Below, in pieces: positions 48,737 through 58,720 of a DNA stretch of 64,000 bases. The stretch's first letter is position 1; the number at the start of each line of letters is the position of its first letter. Under the pieces are notes generated by a model, which worked only from the letters and a program-made list of their open reading frames with translations, was not told the origin of the DNA and made no database searches. A program made the translations under genes and the position numbers. The stretch comes from Alphaproteobacteria bacterium (GTDB lineage: Bacteria; Pseudomonadota; Alphaproteobacteria; SP197). The stretch is taken from assembly GCA_965228895.1 (NCBI GenBank), contig OZ245842.1:480001-544000 (forward strand), in the 5' to 3' direction.

Positions 48737-49796
48737 CGCCTGGGACTTCGTTCCCCACCAACATCGCGGGCCCCATCGAGAGGTCGAGCCGGACGCCCAC
48801 ATCCGTTCGCCAAGCAAACACAACGGTCCGTTCAAGTCGCCGGGGTTGCGGACCTTTATGGGCGCGCCCTATTGCGAGCCCGACCGCGAGAAGGTTCGCG
48901 CTGCAGGCGCCAAGGTCTGCTTCCTGGGGGCGCCCTGGGATCAGGGCACGATCGTGCGGACCGGCACGTCGAGCGGGCCGGAAGGGGTGCGCGAAGCCTC
49001 GACCCACTACTTCCCTTACATGTTTGAGTACGACGTCGACCTGCTGACGTTCTTCAACGTTGTCGATTGCGGCGACATTCCCATCGTTCCCGGCAACAAC
49101 CCGCTGTCACAGGCCTATATGTGCGACTACGTCACGGAATGCCTGGAAGGCGGCGCCAAGGTCATTCTTGTCGGCGGTGACCATTCGGTGCCGATCCCCG
49201 GCGCGCGGGCGTTGTCGCAGTATCTCGGTCGCCACAAACCCGATGCCACGATGGGGTACCTGCACGTCGACTGTCACCTTGACGCCGCAGTCGATTGGGG
49301 CGGCATCGAAATCACCAACGCGTCGGGACCGCCGGAAGCCCTCAAGCTGCCCAACTGCAACGCCCGGAACATGGCACATATGGGTTCGCGCAACGGTCTC
49401 AATCCCAAGGACTGGCTGGATTTCTGGATCGACAACGATATCCCGATCGTGCCGATGTCCGAGGTCGTGGAGAAGGGTATCGAGCCGTGCACACGGTTCA
49501 TCCTGGACCGGGCGTGGAACGGGACCGAGGCGCTCTACTTCTCCTGGGATACCGATTCCCTTGACGCCAGCTGTATGCCGGGGACCAGTTGTCCTGAGTG
49601 CTACGGCATCAAGGCGCGCGAGGCCATTCAGGTGGCCCGCATTCTAGGCGAGTACGGCGCCGATGTGCTGGAACTGGCGGAACTCGCGCCGGTGTTCGAC
49701 GCCAGCCAGATGAGCACGAAGCTCGCCTGCAACTTGATCTACCACTACCTCGGCAGTCGTGCCGCGACGCTTCGCGACCGTGGCGAGGCGCCATGA
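48717..49796 (+). CDS. Ureohydrolase (agmatinase/arginase fold), catalytic subunit; MfmA/dimethylguanidine hydrolase-like
   Basis: GGDHS, DCHLD, DTDSLD metal ligands intact; TNAS instead of the canonical His; from memory, N-terminus PHQHRGP and YFPYMFEYDVDLL resemble MfmA. Confidence 0.85.
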   Translation: MPSQSPDAWDFVPHQHRGPHREVEPDAHIRSPSKHNGPFKSPGLRTFMGAPYCEPDREKVRAAGAKVCFLGAPWDQGTIVRTGTSSGPEGVREASTHYFPYMFEYDVDLLTFFNVVDCGDIPIVPGNNPLSQAYMCDYVTECLEGGAKVILVGGDHSVPIPGARALSQYLGRHKPDATMGYLHVDCHLDAAVDWGGIEITNASGPPEALKLPNCNARNMAHMGSRNGLNPKDWLDFWIDNDIPIVPMSEVVEKGIEPCTRFILDRAWNGTEALYFSWDTDSLDASCMPGTSCPECYGIKAREAIQVARILGEYGADVLELAELAPVFDASQMSTKLACNLIYHYLGSRAATLRDRGEAP

Positions 49797-49848
49797 CCCC
49801 TGCATCAATTCCACTCGCTCAACAATCGTTCCGTCAGGAGACCTGTCC

Positions 49849-50892
49849 ATGAATCCGGCCAAGGCATTCTTGCATCTGTTCTCACCCCTGGGCGGCGACG
49901 ACGCGGATAACTACCGTTCTCCGGGGCAGATTTCGTTCCTGCGCGCACCCTTCGTATCGGTTGACAAGGACGCGCTGCAGAACGCGAACGCAACCTACGC
50001 CTATGTCGGCGCGCCCTATGACGAGGGCAATGTCGGCAAGCCCGGTTGCGAAGACGGCGCACGCGAGTTTCGTGTCGCGTCGCTGGACTATTTTCCTTAC
50101 TGGTTCGAGTTCAACGTCGACCTGCATGGATCGTCCATCGATTGCGGCGATGTCCAGATGCCGCGCGTCAACCCGAAGGTCGCGCACGAGCGTATCTATG
50201 ACACCGTGCGTACTGTTCTTGATGCCGGCCTGACGCCGATTATCTGTGGCGGCGACCGCTCCATCTCGATCCCAGCGGCAAAGGCGCTGTCCGATCATCT
50301 CGGAAAGGACCGCAAGATGGGCTACATGCATCTGGGCGCCCATCTGGACATGGCCGACACCTGGGCAGGCGAAGAGAACGTCAGCACCTGTGCCCTGGCG
50401 CGCATCACCGAACTAGAGAATTTGAACCCGGCGAACGTCGCTCATATCGGCGCCCGGAATTCGTTCAACCCGAAGGACCATCTCGACTTGGTCAAACACC
50501 GTGGCATCCGGTTCCATCCGATGTTCGAGGTCCTTGAGCGGGGTATTGACGACGTTATGGATGAGGCGGTCGAAAACGTCTGGACCGGCACCGATGGCCA
50601 GTACGTCAGCTTCAACTTCAACGTCATGGATTCATCGGCCGCACCTGGCGTTACGGCGACTGAGAGCGGTGGCCTTGAATCCCGGGAAATCATGCGTGTC
50701 GCCGCCAAAATCGCTGATCGTGGCGGACCGGCGGTCATCGACGTAACCGAGCTTTGCCCTATGTTCGACATCAGCGGATCGACATCGCGCATGGCCGTCT
50801 GCGTCGTCCTGCGAATCATGGCCGGCATCGCCGCCAGGGACGGCGCCGTGATCGACGACACCATTCGTCGGCCCGGGTGGCAACACGGCTAA
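49849..50892 (+). CDS. Ureohydrolase-fold non-catalytic subunit; MfmB-like
   Basis: Metal ligands degenerate (GGDRS, GAHLD, NFNVMD); from memory, start MNPAK...HLFSPLGGD resembles MfmB; AGGAG RBS. Confidence 0.85.
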   Translation: MNPAKAFLHLFSPLGGDDADNYRSPGQISFLRAPFVSVDKDALQNANATYAYVGAPYDEGNVGKPGCEDGAREFRVASLDYFPYWFEFNVDLHGSSIDCGDVQMPRVNPKVAHERIYDTVRTVLDAGLTPIICGGDRSISIPAAKALSDHLGKDRKMGYMHLGAHLDMADTWAGEENVSTCALARITELENLNPANVAHIGARNSFNPKDHLDLVKHRGIRFHPMFEVLERGIDDVMDEAVENVWTGTDGQYVSFNFNVMDSSAAPGVTATESGGLESREIMRVAAKIADRGGPAVIDVTELCPMFDISGSTSRMAVCVVLRIMAGIAARDGAVIDDTIRRPGWQHG

Positions 50893-50986
50893 CTGAGAGT
50901 GCTCACCCGCCACGGCTCGACCTGTGGCGCGGTCACGAACAAGAAACGTACGAGGCTTCACAACGATCAATAAGGGGAGATGTGGT

Positions 50987-52087
50987 ATGACTATGCGGAC
51001 CAACAAGTTCAGGCATTCAGTAAGCCGACGTTCATTCTTGTCGGGCGCGGCCGGCGCCGCGTCGGTTGCGGCGACGGGTTCGCTTCTGCCGAGCCGGGCC
51101 CATGCCGCCGGCGAGCTCAACATTCTCGTTTGGTGCGATCACGCGGATTCGAAACTGCTCGAGCCTTTCGAGCAGGCGCACGACGTCAAGGTCAATGCCA
51201 AGACCTATGAGGGGACCGGCACCGCGCTTTCCATTCTCGAACAGTCGGCGCCGGGCGACTGGGACGTCATCGTTATCGACGCGCCCGATGTTCCGCAGGT
51301 CGCGGATCTCGGTATCCTGACCGAACTGTCGGATGACATCGCGCCGTGGAACGACATCTTCCCGCAATTGCGCGACGCCCCATACACGCGCGTCGACGGC
51401 AAGGTTTACGCGATCCCCGAAAAGTTCGGCTATTACGGCTTCTGCTACAACAAGGATGCCGTGGACGCGGCCGACGCCAAGAAAGGCGATATCGCCTGGA
51501 ACGAGAAGTACAAGGGCCGTATCGGCGTCTACGACTACTACTTCCCGGTCATACAGATGGTCGGGCTCTCAATGGGCAAGAAGCCGGCCGATATCACCGC
51601 CGATGACCTCGACGCTATTCGCGAGCGGCTGCTCGCCATGAAACCCAACGTCAAAATGATCGGCGATATCGTGAGCGTGCAGAATGCGCTCGTCACCGGA
51701 TCGGTCGATGTCATCGTCGGCGGCGCGGAGTTCGCCGTTTCCAATCTGATGCCGAGCAACCCGCAGCTTGACTGGGTGATCTCCGATGATGGTGGCCTGA
51801 TCTGGAACCAGGGCATCGGCATCTTGAGCGACAGCAACCGTCAGGATCTGGCGGCCGAGTTCATCAAGTGGATCATGAGCCCGAAAGGCCAGGGTCTGCT
51901 GGCGACGTCGGAGTGTTTCTGGGCGATGCCGGCCAACGAGACCGCTGAAATCTCCGATGCCGACAAAGCCAATCTGCGCTGGGACGATCAGGCTGACTTC
52001 CTCGCGCGGTCCGAGGTCTCCCTGTTGCCCGATGTCGAGATGGACGCGGCCATGCTCGATATCTGGACGGAGTTCCTGCAGTCCTAG
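50987..52087 (+). CDS. ABC substrate-binding protein, PotD-like, Tat signal
   Basis: SRRSFL, WCDH, PGDWDVIV, PEKFG; paralogue of 25647-26714. Confidence 0.9.
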   Translation: MTMRTNKFRHSVSRRSFLSGAAGAASVAATGSLLPSRAHAAGELNILVWCDHADSKLLEPFEQAHDVKVNAKTYEGTGTALSILEQSAPGDWDVIVIDAPDVPQVADLGILTELSDDIAPWNDIFPQLRDAPYTRVDGKVYAIPEKFGYYGFCYNKDAVDAADAKKGDIAWNEKYKGRIGVYDYYFPVIQMVGLSMGKKPADITADDLDAIRERLLAMKPNVKMIGDIVSVQNALVTGSVDVIVGGAEFAVSNLMPSNPQLDWVISDDGGLIWNQGIGILSDSNRQDLAAEFIKWIMSPKGQGLLATSECFWAMPANETAEISDADKANLRWDDQADFLARSEVSLLPDVEMDAAMLDIWTEFLQS

Positions 52088-52200
52088 CTTTTGGGGGGCT
52101 GACTGTTGGACGAGCCCAATCTTAGGACGTTCGACGGGCCCGGCGCTTATCAGCGTCGGGCCGGCGTCGCGCGGATCAAACTGGTTGTGATCAGGTTTCG

Positions 52201-53097
52201 ATGACCAGCCGCGTCGACAGCGATGACCGGCGCGCCTTGGGTGATGTCGATAAGCTCGGGGGCCTCGCGCTGACGCGATGGATGGTCTATCCGGCGCTGA
52301 TCTTCTCTCTGTTGTTCTTCGTCACGCCGTTCCTGGTCATGGCGGCCGTCAGCCTGTGGCAGCGGCTTCGCGGGAAGCTTGAAGCCACATGGACGTTCGC
52401 CAACTACGAAAAGTTCTTCTCGCGCGACTACCTCGTCGAGGCATTGATCAATTCGATCGAGGTGACCGTGATAACCACGGTCGTCAGCATCGTGATCGCC
52501 TATCCGCTGGCCTACATCCTGGCTTATCGCGTTCCCGTCAGATGGCAGAAGGTGTTGCTGATACTCGCGATCCTGCCGTTCTGGACCGCTTATGTCGTGC
52601 GTTCGTACAGCTGGCTTCTGGTGCTGTCCGACAACGGCATCATCAACTCGTTCCTGATGTCGCTGGGCGTGATCGCCGAGCCCCTGACCCTGGCCTATAC
52701 GCGCGGCGCCACCATCCTTGGGTTTGTTCATTTCTTCACGATGCTTCTGACCCTGACGATCTATGCGAACCTGATTCAGATTCCGCGTTCCTACCGTCAT
52801 GCCGCGGCCGACCTGGGCGCTTCCTCCCTGCAGATCTTCCTGCGCGTCACACTGCCGCTCAGCATACCCGGTGTCGCCGTCGGTGCGTTTCTGACCTTCG
52901 TCATTACAATCGGTGACTACATCACGCCGCAGATCCTGGGCGGCAACACCGAGGTCCTGGTGCCCCAGGCCATCATTCTGCAGATCTCGCGCGCCGCTGA
53001 TTTCCCCATGGCGTCGGTGATGAGCGTGACACTCATGGTCGTCGTCACGGGCATCTATTTTGCCTGCGCGCGCTACCTCAAGATGGACCGGCTATGA
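52201..53097 (+). CDS. ABC permease, PotB-like
   Basis: LPFWTAYVVRSYSW, AAADLGA, GDYITP. Confidence 0.9.
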   Translation: MTSRVDSDDRRALGDVDKLGGLALTRWMVYPALIFSLLFFVTPFLVMAAVSLWQRLRGKLEATWTFANYEKFFSRDYLVEALINSIEVTVITTVVSIVIAYPLAYILAYRVPVRWQKVLLILAILPFWTAYVVRSYSWLLVLSDNGIINSFLMSLGVIAEPLTLAYTRGATILGFVHFFTMLLTLTIYANLIQIPRSYRHAAADLGASSLQIFLRVTLPLSIPGVAVGAFLTFVITIGDYITPQILGGNTEVLVPQAIILQISRAADFPMASVMSVTLMVVVTGIYFACARYLKMDRL

Positions 53098-53888
53098 TCA
53101 GGACGTGGCTCGGACAAAGCGCGGCCGGCGCCTATCTGCTGCTGGGCCTCGCCTTCATCTATCTGCCGGTGGTTATCCTGGTTCTGTTTTCCTTCCAGGA
53201 TGGCGACCTGCCGGTGCCGCCGTTCGAAGGGGTAAGTCTGCAGTGGTACGACAAGCTGTTCGCCAACGAACGCCTGCTCGATGCCCTCATCAACTCGGTC
53301 ATTGTCGCGGTGCTGTCGGGTGCGGCCACCACCTTGCTCGGTTTCCTGGCAGCCTACAGTCTGTCCAGGTCGCCGGTGCGCTTTGAAGGCGCCGCGCGCT
53401 TCCTGTTGATCGCGCCGATCACCGTGTCCTATCTGATCATCGGCATGGGCCTGCTCACGACGTTCAGCGTGGTCGGCATCTCAAAGTCGCTCTTCGCGGT
53501 CGGTATCGGCCATGTCGTGATCAACCTGCCGCTTGCCTTTGCGATTATCTATTCGCAGATGAGCGAGCGTCACAAAAACATCGACGCGGCGGCCCATGAT
53601 CTCGGCGCCAGCGACCTGCAGACGATCCTGCTTGTCTCCGCACCGATGATGAAAGTGCCGCTGATCGCGTCTTTCTGCTTGGCCGCGACGCTATCATGGG
53701 ACGAATTCATCATCGCGTTCTTGCTGAGCAGCTTCGAGGTCACGTTGCCGGTCATTATCTTCGAAATGCTGCGGGCCGGTCTGACGCCGGAGGTCAATGC
53801 GGCGGGAACGCTTGTTTTCGCTATCTCACTCACGATCATCATGATCGCAGCGGCCGCTTTGTTGTTCAGGCGGGGGGATGAACGATGA
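53094..53888 (+). CDS. ABC permease, PotC-like
   Basis: SFQDG.LPVPP, AAHDLGA, SWDEF. Confidence 0.9.
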   Translation: MIRTWLGQSAAGAYLLLGLAFIYLPVVILVLFSFQDGDLPVPPFEGVSLQWYDKLFANERLLDALINSVIVAVLSGAATTLLGFLAAYSLSRSPVRFEGAARFLLIAPITVSYLIIGMGLLTTFSVVGISKSLFAVGIGHVVINLPLAFAIIYSQMSERHKNIDAAAHDLGASDLQTILLVSAPMMKVPLIASFCLAATLSWDEFIIAFLLSSFEVTLPVIIFEMLRAGLTPEVNAAGTLVFAISLTIIMIAAAALLFRRGDER

Positions 53889-54955
53889 ACGACAGCCTTG
53901 TCGCCTTAAAAAATGTCCGAAAGAGCTACGGCGAGCTCGTCGCGCTGAACGACGTCGACCTCTCGATCGATCAGGGACAGTTTGTCGTCCTGCTTGGTCC
54001 CTCGGGCAGCGGCAAAACGACGCTGCTGTCGATCCTCGGCGGTTTTACCACGCCGACGTCGGGCGAGGTGTGGATCGATGGGCAGGACGTGACGACCACG
54101 CCGCCCGCGCAACGCCCGACCGTCACGGTATTTCAGGACTATGCGCTTTTTCCGCATATGACGGTCAGCGAGAATGTCGGTTTCGGTCTGGCCATGCGCA
54201 GGGTTCCACGGGGGCAGCGCAAACAACGGGTCGAGAGTGTTCTGGAAACCGTCGGGCTTCACGATCTCGGTGGCCGCCGGATTGACCAGCTTTCCGGCGG
54301 CCAGCGCCAGCGTGTCGCGCTGGCGCGCGCCATCGTTGTTGAGCCGGCGGTTCTGCTCCTCGACGAACCCCTGGGCGCGTTGGACCTTAAGATCCGGCAG
54401 CAGATGCAGGAGGAACTGGTCGAGCTGCAGCGCCGGATCGAGACGACGTTTGTGCACGTCACCCACGATCAGGAGGAGGCCATGAACGTGGCCGACGTCG
54501 TCGTCGTGATCAACAAAGGCGCCATCGAGGACGTCGGACCGCCGGAGCGCGTCTATCTGCGCCCGGCCAGCCTGTTCACAGCGACGTTCATGGGCGACAG
54601 CAACATTCTAAGCGGCAAATCGATCGCATCGAATGGCGTTCAGGCGACGATCGACACGCCTTTGGGCGCCATCGTGGTCGACGGTCATATTGACGTCGGT
54701 ACGACCGCGCACCTATCCGTCCGGCCGGAGCAGATCAAGGTCGGTGCGGCGCAGTCTGACGACATGCTCAGTCTGGGTGACGCTCAGATATCGACCATGG
54801 TCTTTCAGGGCGCCCATCGGCGCTGCCACGCCCGGCTCGGGCCAAATCAAGACGTCGACTTGCTGTTATACGTACCGCCTGAGCAGGACTTGACGCCGGG
54901 CCAATCGGTCTCCATTCAGGTGCGCGCCGCCGACATCGTGCTCTTGCGGGATTGA
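53885..54955 (+). CDS. ABC ATPase, PotA-like
   Basis: GPSGSGKTT, LSGGQRQR, LLLDEP, VTHDQEEA. Confidence 0.93.
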   Translation: MNDSLVALKNVRKSYGELVALNDVDLSIDQGQFVVLLGPSGSGKTTLLSILGGFTTPTSGEVWIDGQDVTTTPPAQRPTVTVFQDYALFPHMTVSENVGFGLAMRRVPRGQRKQRVESVLETVGLHDLGGRRIDQLSGGQRQRVALARAIVVEPAVLLLDEPLGALDLKIRQQMQEELVELQRRIETTFVHVTHDQEEAMNVADVVVVINKGAIEDVGPPERVYLRPASLFTATFMGDSNILSGKSIASNGVQATIDTPLGAIVVDGHIDVGTTAHLSVRPEQIKVGAAQSDDMLSLGDAQISTMVFQGAHRRCHARLGPNQDVDLLLYVPPEQDLTPGQSVSIQVRAADIVLLRD

Positions 54956-55018
54956 TGGCCTGTGGGCCGCGTTCGGCTGCCTCGGAAGGATGACGGTGAG
55001 TAGCTTCAAAGGTCGTAA

Positions 55019-55636
55019 GTGATGGTAATGACGCAGGACAACAAACGGAATGCGACGGCCGAAGCGCTACTGGAGGTGGCGCTCGAACTCTTTTCCACGC
55101 GGGGATATGCGGATGTCACGATCCAGGAGATCGCGCAGAGGACGAACACGACCTATTCGCTGACATACTACTATTTCAAGAACAAAGAAGAGCTGTTCCA
55201 CGCGGCCGTCGCTTATTCCATCGATCAGGCGATCGAGAATTACAAGCAACTGGAAGGGCGTCACAGCTCGCCCGTCGAACTGATTGACGACTGGTTTGAC
55301 AGCAACATCACCTACGCGGAATCGCTAAAGCGCGCCGTTAAGATCATGTTCGAGTTCTCCGAGAAGCGAGACGGGTCGCCTTCAGTCGCGAGCTATGTCG
55401 AGTACTTCTATGAGTTCGAACGTAGTCTTCTGGCCGATTGCCTGCGGCGTGGTGTCGAGCAGGGTATGTTTGAGTGCGCGTCGCCCGAGTCCACGGCGGC
55501 TTTTATCTCAACGCACATTGACGGCATTTTTCATGGTGCTCTTGTCCGTCCTGGTTTGAACATCGAAGCGGCGATGTCGGAGTTGAAGACCGTCCTCTGG
55601 CAACTTCTCAAGTTCGAACCGCCAAAGGAGCACTAG
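55019..55636 (+). CDS. TetR/AcrR-family regulator
   Basis: ALELFSTRGY..VTIQEIA...YYYFKNKEELF. Confidence 0.92.
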   Translation: MMVMTQDNKRNATAEALLEVALELFSTRGYADVTIQEIAQRTNTTYSLTYYYFKNKEELFHAAVAYSIDQAIENYKQLEGRHSSPVELIDDWFDSNITYAESLKRAVKIMFEFSEKRDGSPSVASYVEYFYEFERSLLADCLRRGVEQGMFECASPESTAAFISTHIDGIFHGALVRPGLNIEAAMSELKTVLWQLLKFEPPKEH

Positions 55637-56103
55637 TTGGCATTCAGTCACGAGCCCGACAAGCGAAACTCAAAACGGCAGGCCAAGACGCTTGAGGGTT
55701 TCCGCCTTTGCGGCGTAGCCCATTTCGTTTGGCTGGATTGTTCTCCTGACGCATCAAGGAACATCGCTGATCGGACGACGACAGACCTAATTCGATTGGG
55801 TAGGGAGGTTCCAGCTCCGCCATTGAAACAGCGCCAGGAACTTACCCAACAAACCAAAGGTCTGACAGGAAACGTGATATCTCTCAGATCGTTGCCGATT
55901 TGCGGGTGATCCAGTTGGATACGGGTTGGCAGTTAGCCCAATCCACGTCTTTCCACCGTGCATATCATGGCTCTCGGGGAAGAGGGATCTGGATGTGGCG
56001 TGCTCGTACTGGCTTTCGCAACGATCGCTTCTGACTCTGGACATCCGCTATCGATCGAACGGGACGACGCTGCTTAGGTCGTGTTGGATTTTTCCCGGTT
56101 TTT

Positions 56104-56936
56104 CTAACTCGACCTTCCTCCCGTCCCCCGTAAACGGGCGACCTTGCTGAGAAGGTCGAACCAGAAAGGCGCCCCCAGGCTGATAGCGGCGACCGTGATG
56201 GCCCAACCCAGAACTGTCTTGAGCCATTCCACAAGTCCGACCGGCGGTTCGTTCCACCCAATTGGAAACATCTCTAGCCTTTGCAGGGTATCCGTCATCT
56301 CCTCGTTTGATGTCGTTGAGTCCGCAACCACTTCTGCTTGGGCTGCGAGCTGCGTGCGCAAGGCATCATTACTCCAGAGCTGTTCGACAAGGTGTATGGA
56401 GCTGGCGTTCGTCGCGATCGTGACGGCCGTGGCGATGACAAAGATGATCACCTTGACGTGCCGGGCATACCATCCAGACATCCTCGTCATACCCCCATCA
56501 AACCATGAGGCCAGGCGGTCTTTGAAACGTTGGCCACGTCTTCGCCTTGTGTCAGCCAAACGTCGAGGATGTTCTTAATCGGGTTATCGGTTTCGATCTT
56601 TCCGATGACGTCGCGAACTTCGTCTGCCGTACACGCCACGTATGATTTCTCGGCGTTATCCCTGGCAGTCAACTCGAGGAGAACGGTGCTCAGAGTCTCC
56701 GGTGCAATGTATGACGGCAGCTTGCCGTCTTTGGCCGGGTTCCCAATCAACGGATGGCGGTAGACCCTTTGAGCTTACTGATCACCGTCCAACCGCCTGA
56801 TACCGGCGTTGAGGTTTTTGGACCTCGGTCCATACATGCTGGCAATCCATTCCTGAACGGAGGATGCGACCAAACTCAGCACGATATAGAAAAGAATGGT
56901 GCCGAGGGCGATGTCGATAGCGGGATGATCAAGCAT
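56104..56936 (-). pseudogene. Disrupted conserved hypothetical membrane protein
   Basis: MLDHPAIDIALG...VQEWIA; in-frame TAA at 56775-56777; HPLI...PSYI; frameshift near 56540; WFD..M.R.SGWY...AISLGAPFWFDLL. Confidence 0.7.
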
Positions 56937-57047
56937 CTTGGTCTCCATCAATGTCTGCTCGAACCTTAGGAAACGTTCTTCACAACGTGGTGCTTGCGGC
57001 CCAGAACCGTCTATCCCGTGCTGAAGACAGCATGTGTCAGGTCGTCA

Positions 57048-57352
57048 TTACGGCTGTGCACTCGTTTGGCGCTCCAGGATCATGGCGTCTACCTGGGCCA
57101 GATTGCTTCGTAACTCTTCCGCATGGTCGTCGGTGTTGTCCGCGTCGGCGTAGAAGTGCTGACCCAAGGCTGTTTTGCGCTGCCGCCCAGTAGAACGGCA
57201 CGCGCTCCAGGGTCTACTCTTCCAAGGTCGCCTGAAATGCCGACACGGCATCTTCAGCGTGAGCCGAGTCGCCGCTTCGCCCGCCCAGCGCCGTCAGCGC
57301 GTTGCCCAAATTGTTCTGCGCCATCGCCCAGTCGAGCGGCAGGCGGTCACGC
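57048..57352 (-). pseudogene. Tetratricopeptide-repeat gene fragment
   Basis: PLDWAMAQNNLGNAL and VPFYWAAAQNSLG repeats with an internal stop and no start. Confidence 0.65.
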
Positions 57353-57403
57353 GGATCAATACACAATGGCCCAAGTCTAGGGGGCTAGGACACGGCGAGA
57401 TAC

Positions 57404-57485
57404 TTCCCTGACGAGCTGAGTTGCTTCCCTGTTAACAGGGAAGTTTCGACAAAGATGGGCTCGCAGTGGACTGCCCGTGCCACCA
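57404..57485 (+). repeat. Dispersed TTCCCTG-box element, copy 3 (short, divergent)
   Basis: Boxes at 57404 and 57425; perfect palindrome CTTCCCTGTTAACAGGGAAG at 57424-57443; ends CTGCCCGTGCCACCA. Confidence 0.75.
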
Positions 57486-57519
57486 ATTTCCCATAGTGCA
57501 GATTATGGCATGATGCGCG

Positions 57520-57717
57520 AAGGCTATGGTTTGCGGCGATGGTTGAGTTGAATTTTGGGAACCAACGGCGGACGATTTTGTATGAGCCGTCGATGCCGTG
57601 TTCGGCCCGCATCATCTCGACGTTACGCAGGGACAACGCGAAACTGGCATAGAGCCAGAGCGTGTCGGGGATGACCTGAGGTGAGGGTTGATGTCGGCTG
57701 TGCGAGATGTCTTGCAT
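57520..57717 (-). mobile_element. IS6-family transposase N-terminal remnant
   Basis: RH..SPQVI...LWLY..F.LSLRNVE.M.AE.GI..SY..VRRW..KF resembles the IS6 transposase N-terminus; no DDE core. Confidence 0.7.
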
Positions 57718-57793
57718 CTGACGGCAGCAGCAGCCGATCGTTGCGGCAGCTCGTTAGTGTGACATTGCCTCGAACCAATCTTAGCATAAGACC

Positions 57794-58720
57794 ATGCCAA
57801 TTCTGCTCCCAGACTTTCCTTCGTTCAGCTCACTGGTTGCTTTGGACAGTGTCGTGCGGACCGGAAGCTTCGCGGCGGCGGGGCGCGAGCTTCATGTCAG
57901 CGAGGTCGCGATAAATCGGAAGGTCGCCGAACTGGAAGCATGGCTCGGCACAGATCTGGTTGTCCGTCGACGGCCGCGAATTGTGGTAACGGACGATGCC
58001 AAGGCGATTGCATCGGTGTTTCGAAACGAAACGCAAAAGATTCGCGATGAACTCAGCCGCATTCGACGTCTCAAGAGATCCACCAATCGCGTGACCGTCT
58101 ATGTGTCGACGGCATTCTCGCTTTTTTGGTTGTCTCCTCGAATTCACCGCTTGCATGACCAACATCCGAACCTTGAACTCAACATCGTATCAAACGTTCG
58201 CTCAGACCGTTTCGACCCCGAAGAATGCGACATGGCCATCGTCTATACGGACCAAGAGATAGATGGATTCGAGAATATTCTGCTTTTTCATGATGACATC
58301 GTCCCGGTCGCTAGCCCCCAATATTTGAAATCTCGCAAGAGGCGCAAGCATTGTGGCGATTTCTCCCAAGACACCCTTTTATGCCTCGCCAAAAGCAACA
58401 GTCTGTTTGTCGATTGGGATTTCTGGTTCGAAGCCACCGGTTACGTTGGTCAACCCGGTCAACACCGCGAAGTCTTCAACGATTATGGGCCGATGATCAT
58501 GGCTGCCATCGAAGGCATCGGCGTTGCGATGGGATTTCGTCGGGGTATCGCGCTGGCGATCGAGGATCATCGGCTTGTTGAAGTCGTAAACACGAGCGTC
58601 CCTGCGCCCGGCGACTACAGACTTTTGGTCAGTAAGAAAAGAAAACGTAATTCACCCGAAACGGTGGCTGTGTTTCGCGACTGGATCATCGGCGAAGCTC
58701 GCAAGGGTTCTGAAACATAA
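57794..58720 (+). CDS. LysR-family regulator (GcvA-like)
   Basis: GSFAAAGRELHVSEVAINRKVAELEAWLG, WLSPR. Confidence 0.9.
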   Translation: MPILLPDFPSFSSLVALDSVVRTGSFAAAGRELHVSEVAINRKVAELEAWLGTDLVVRRRPRIVVTDDAKAIASVFRNETQKIRDELSRIRRLKRSTNRVTVYVSTAFSLFWLSPRIHRLHDQHPNLELNIVSNVRSDRFDPEECDMAIVYTDQEIDGFENILLFHDDIVPVASPQYLKSRKRRKHCGDFSQDTLLCLAKSNSLFVDWDFWFEATGYVGQPGQHREVFNDYGPMIMAAIEGIGVAMGFRRGIALAIEDHRLVEVVNTSVPAPGDYRLLVSKKRKRNSPETVAVFRDWIIGEARKGSET

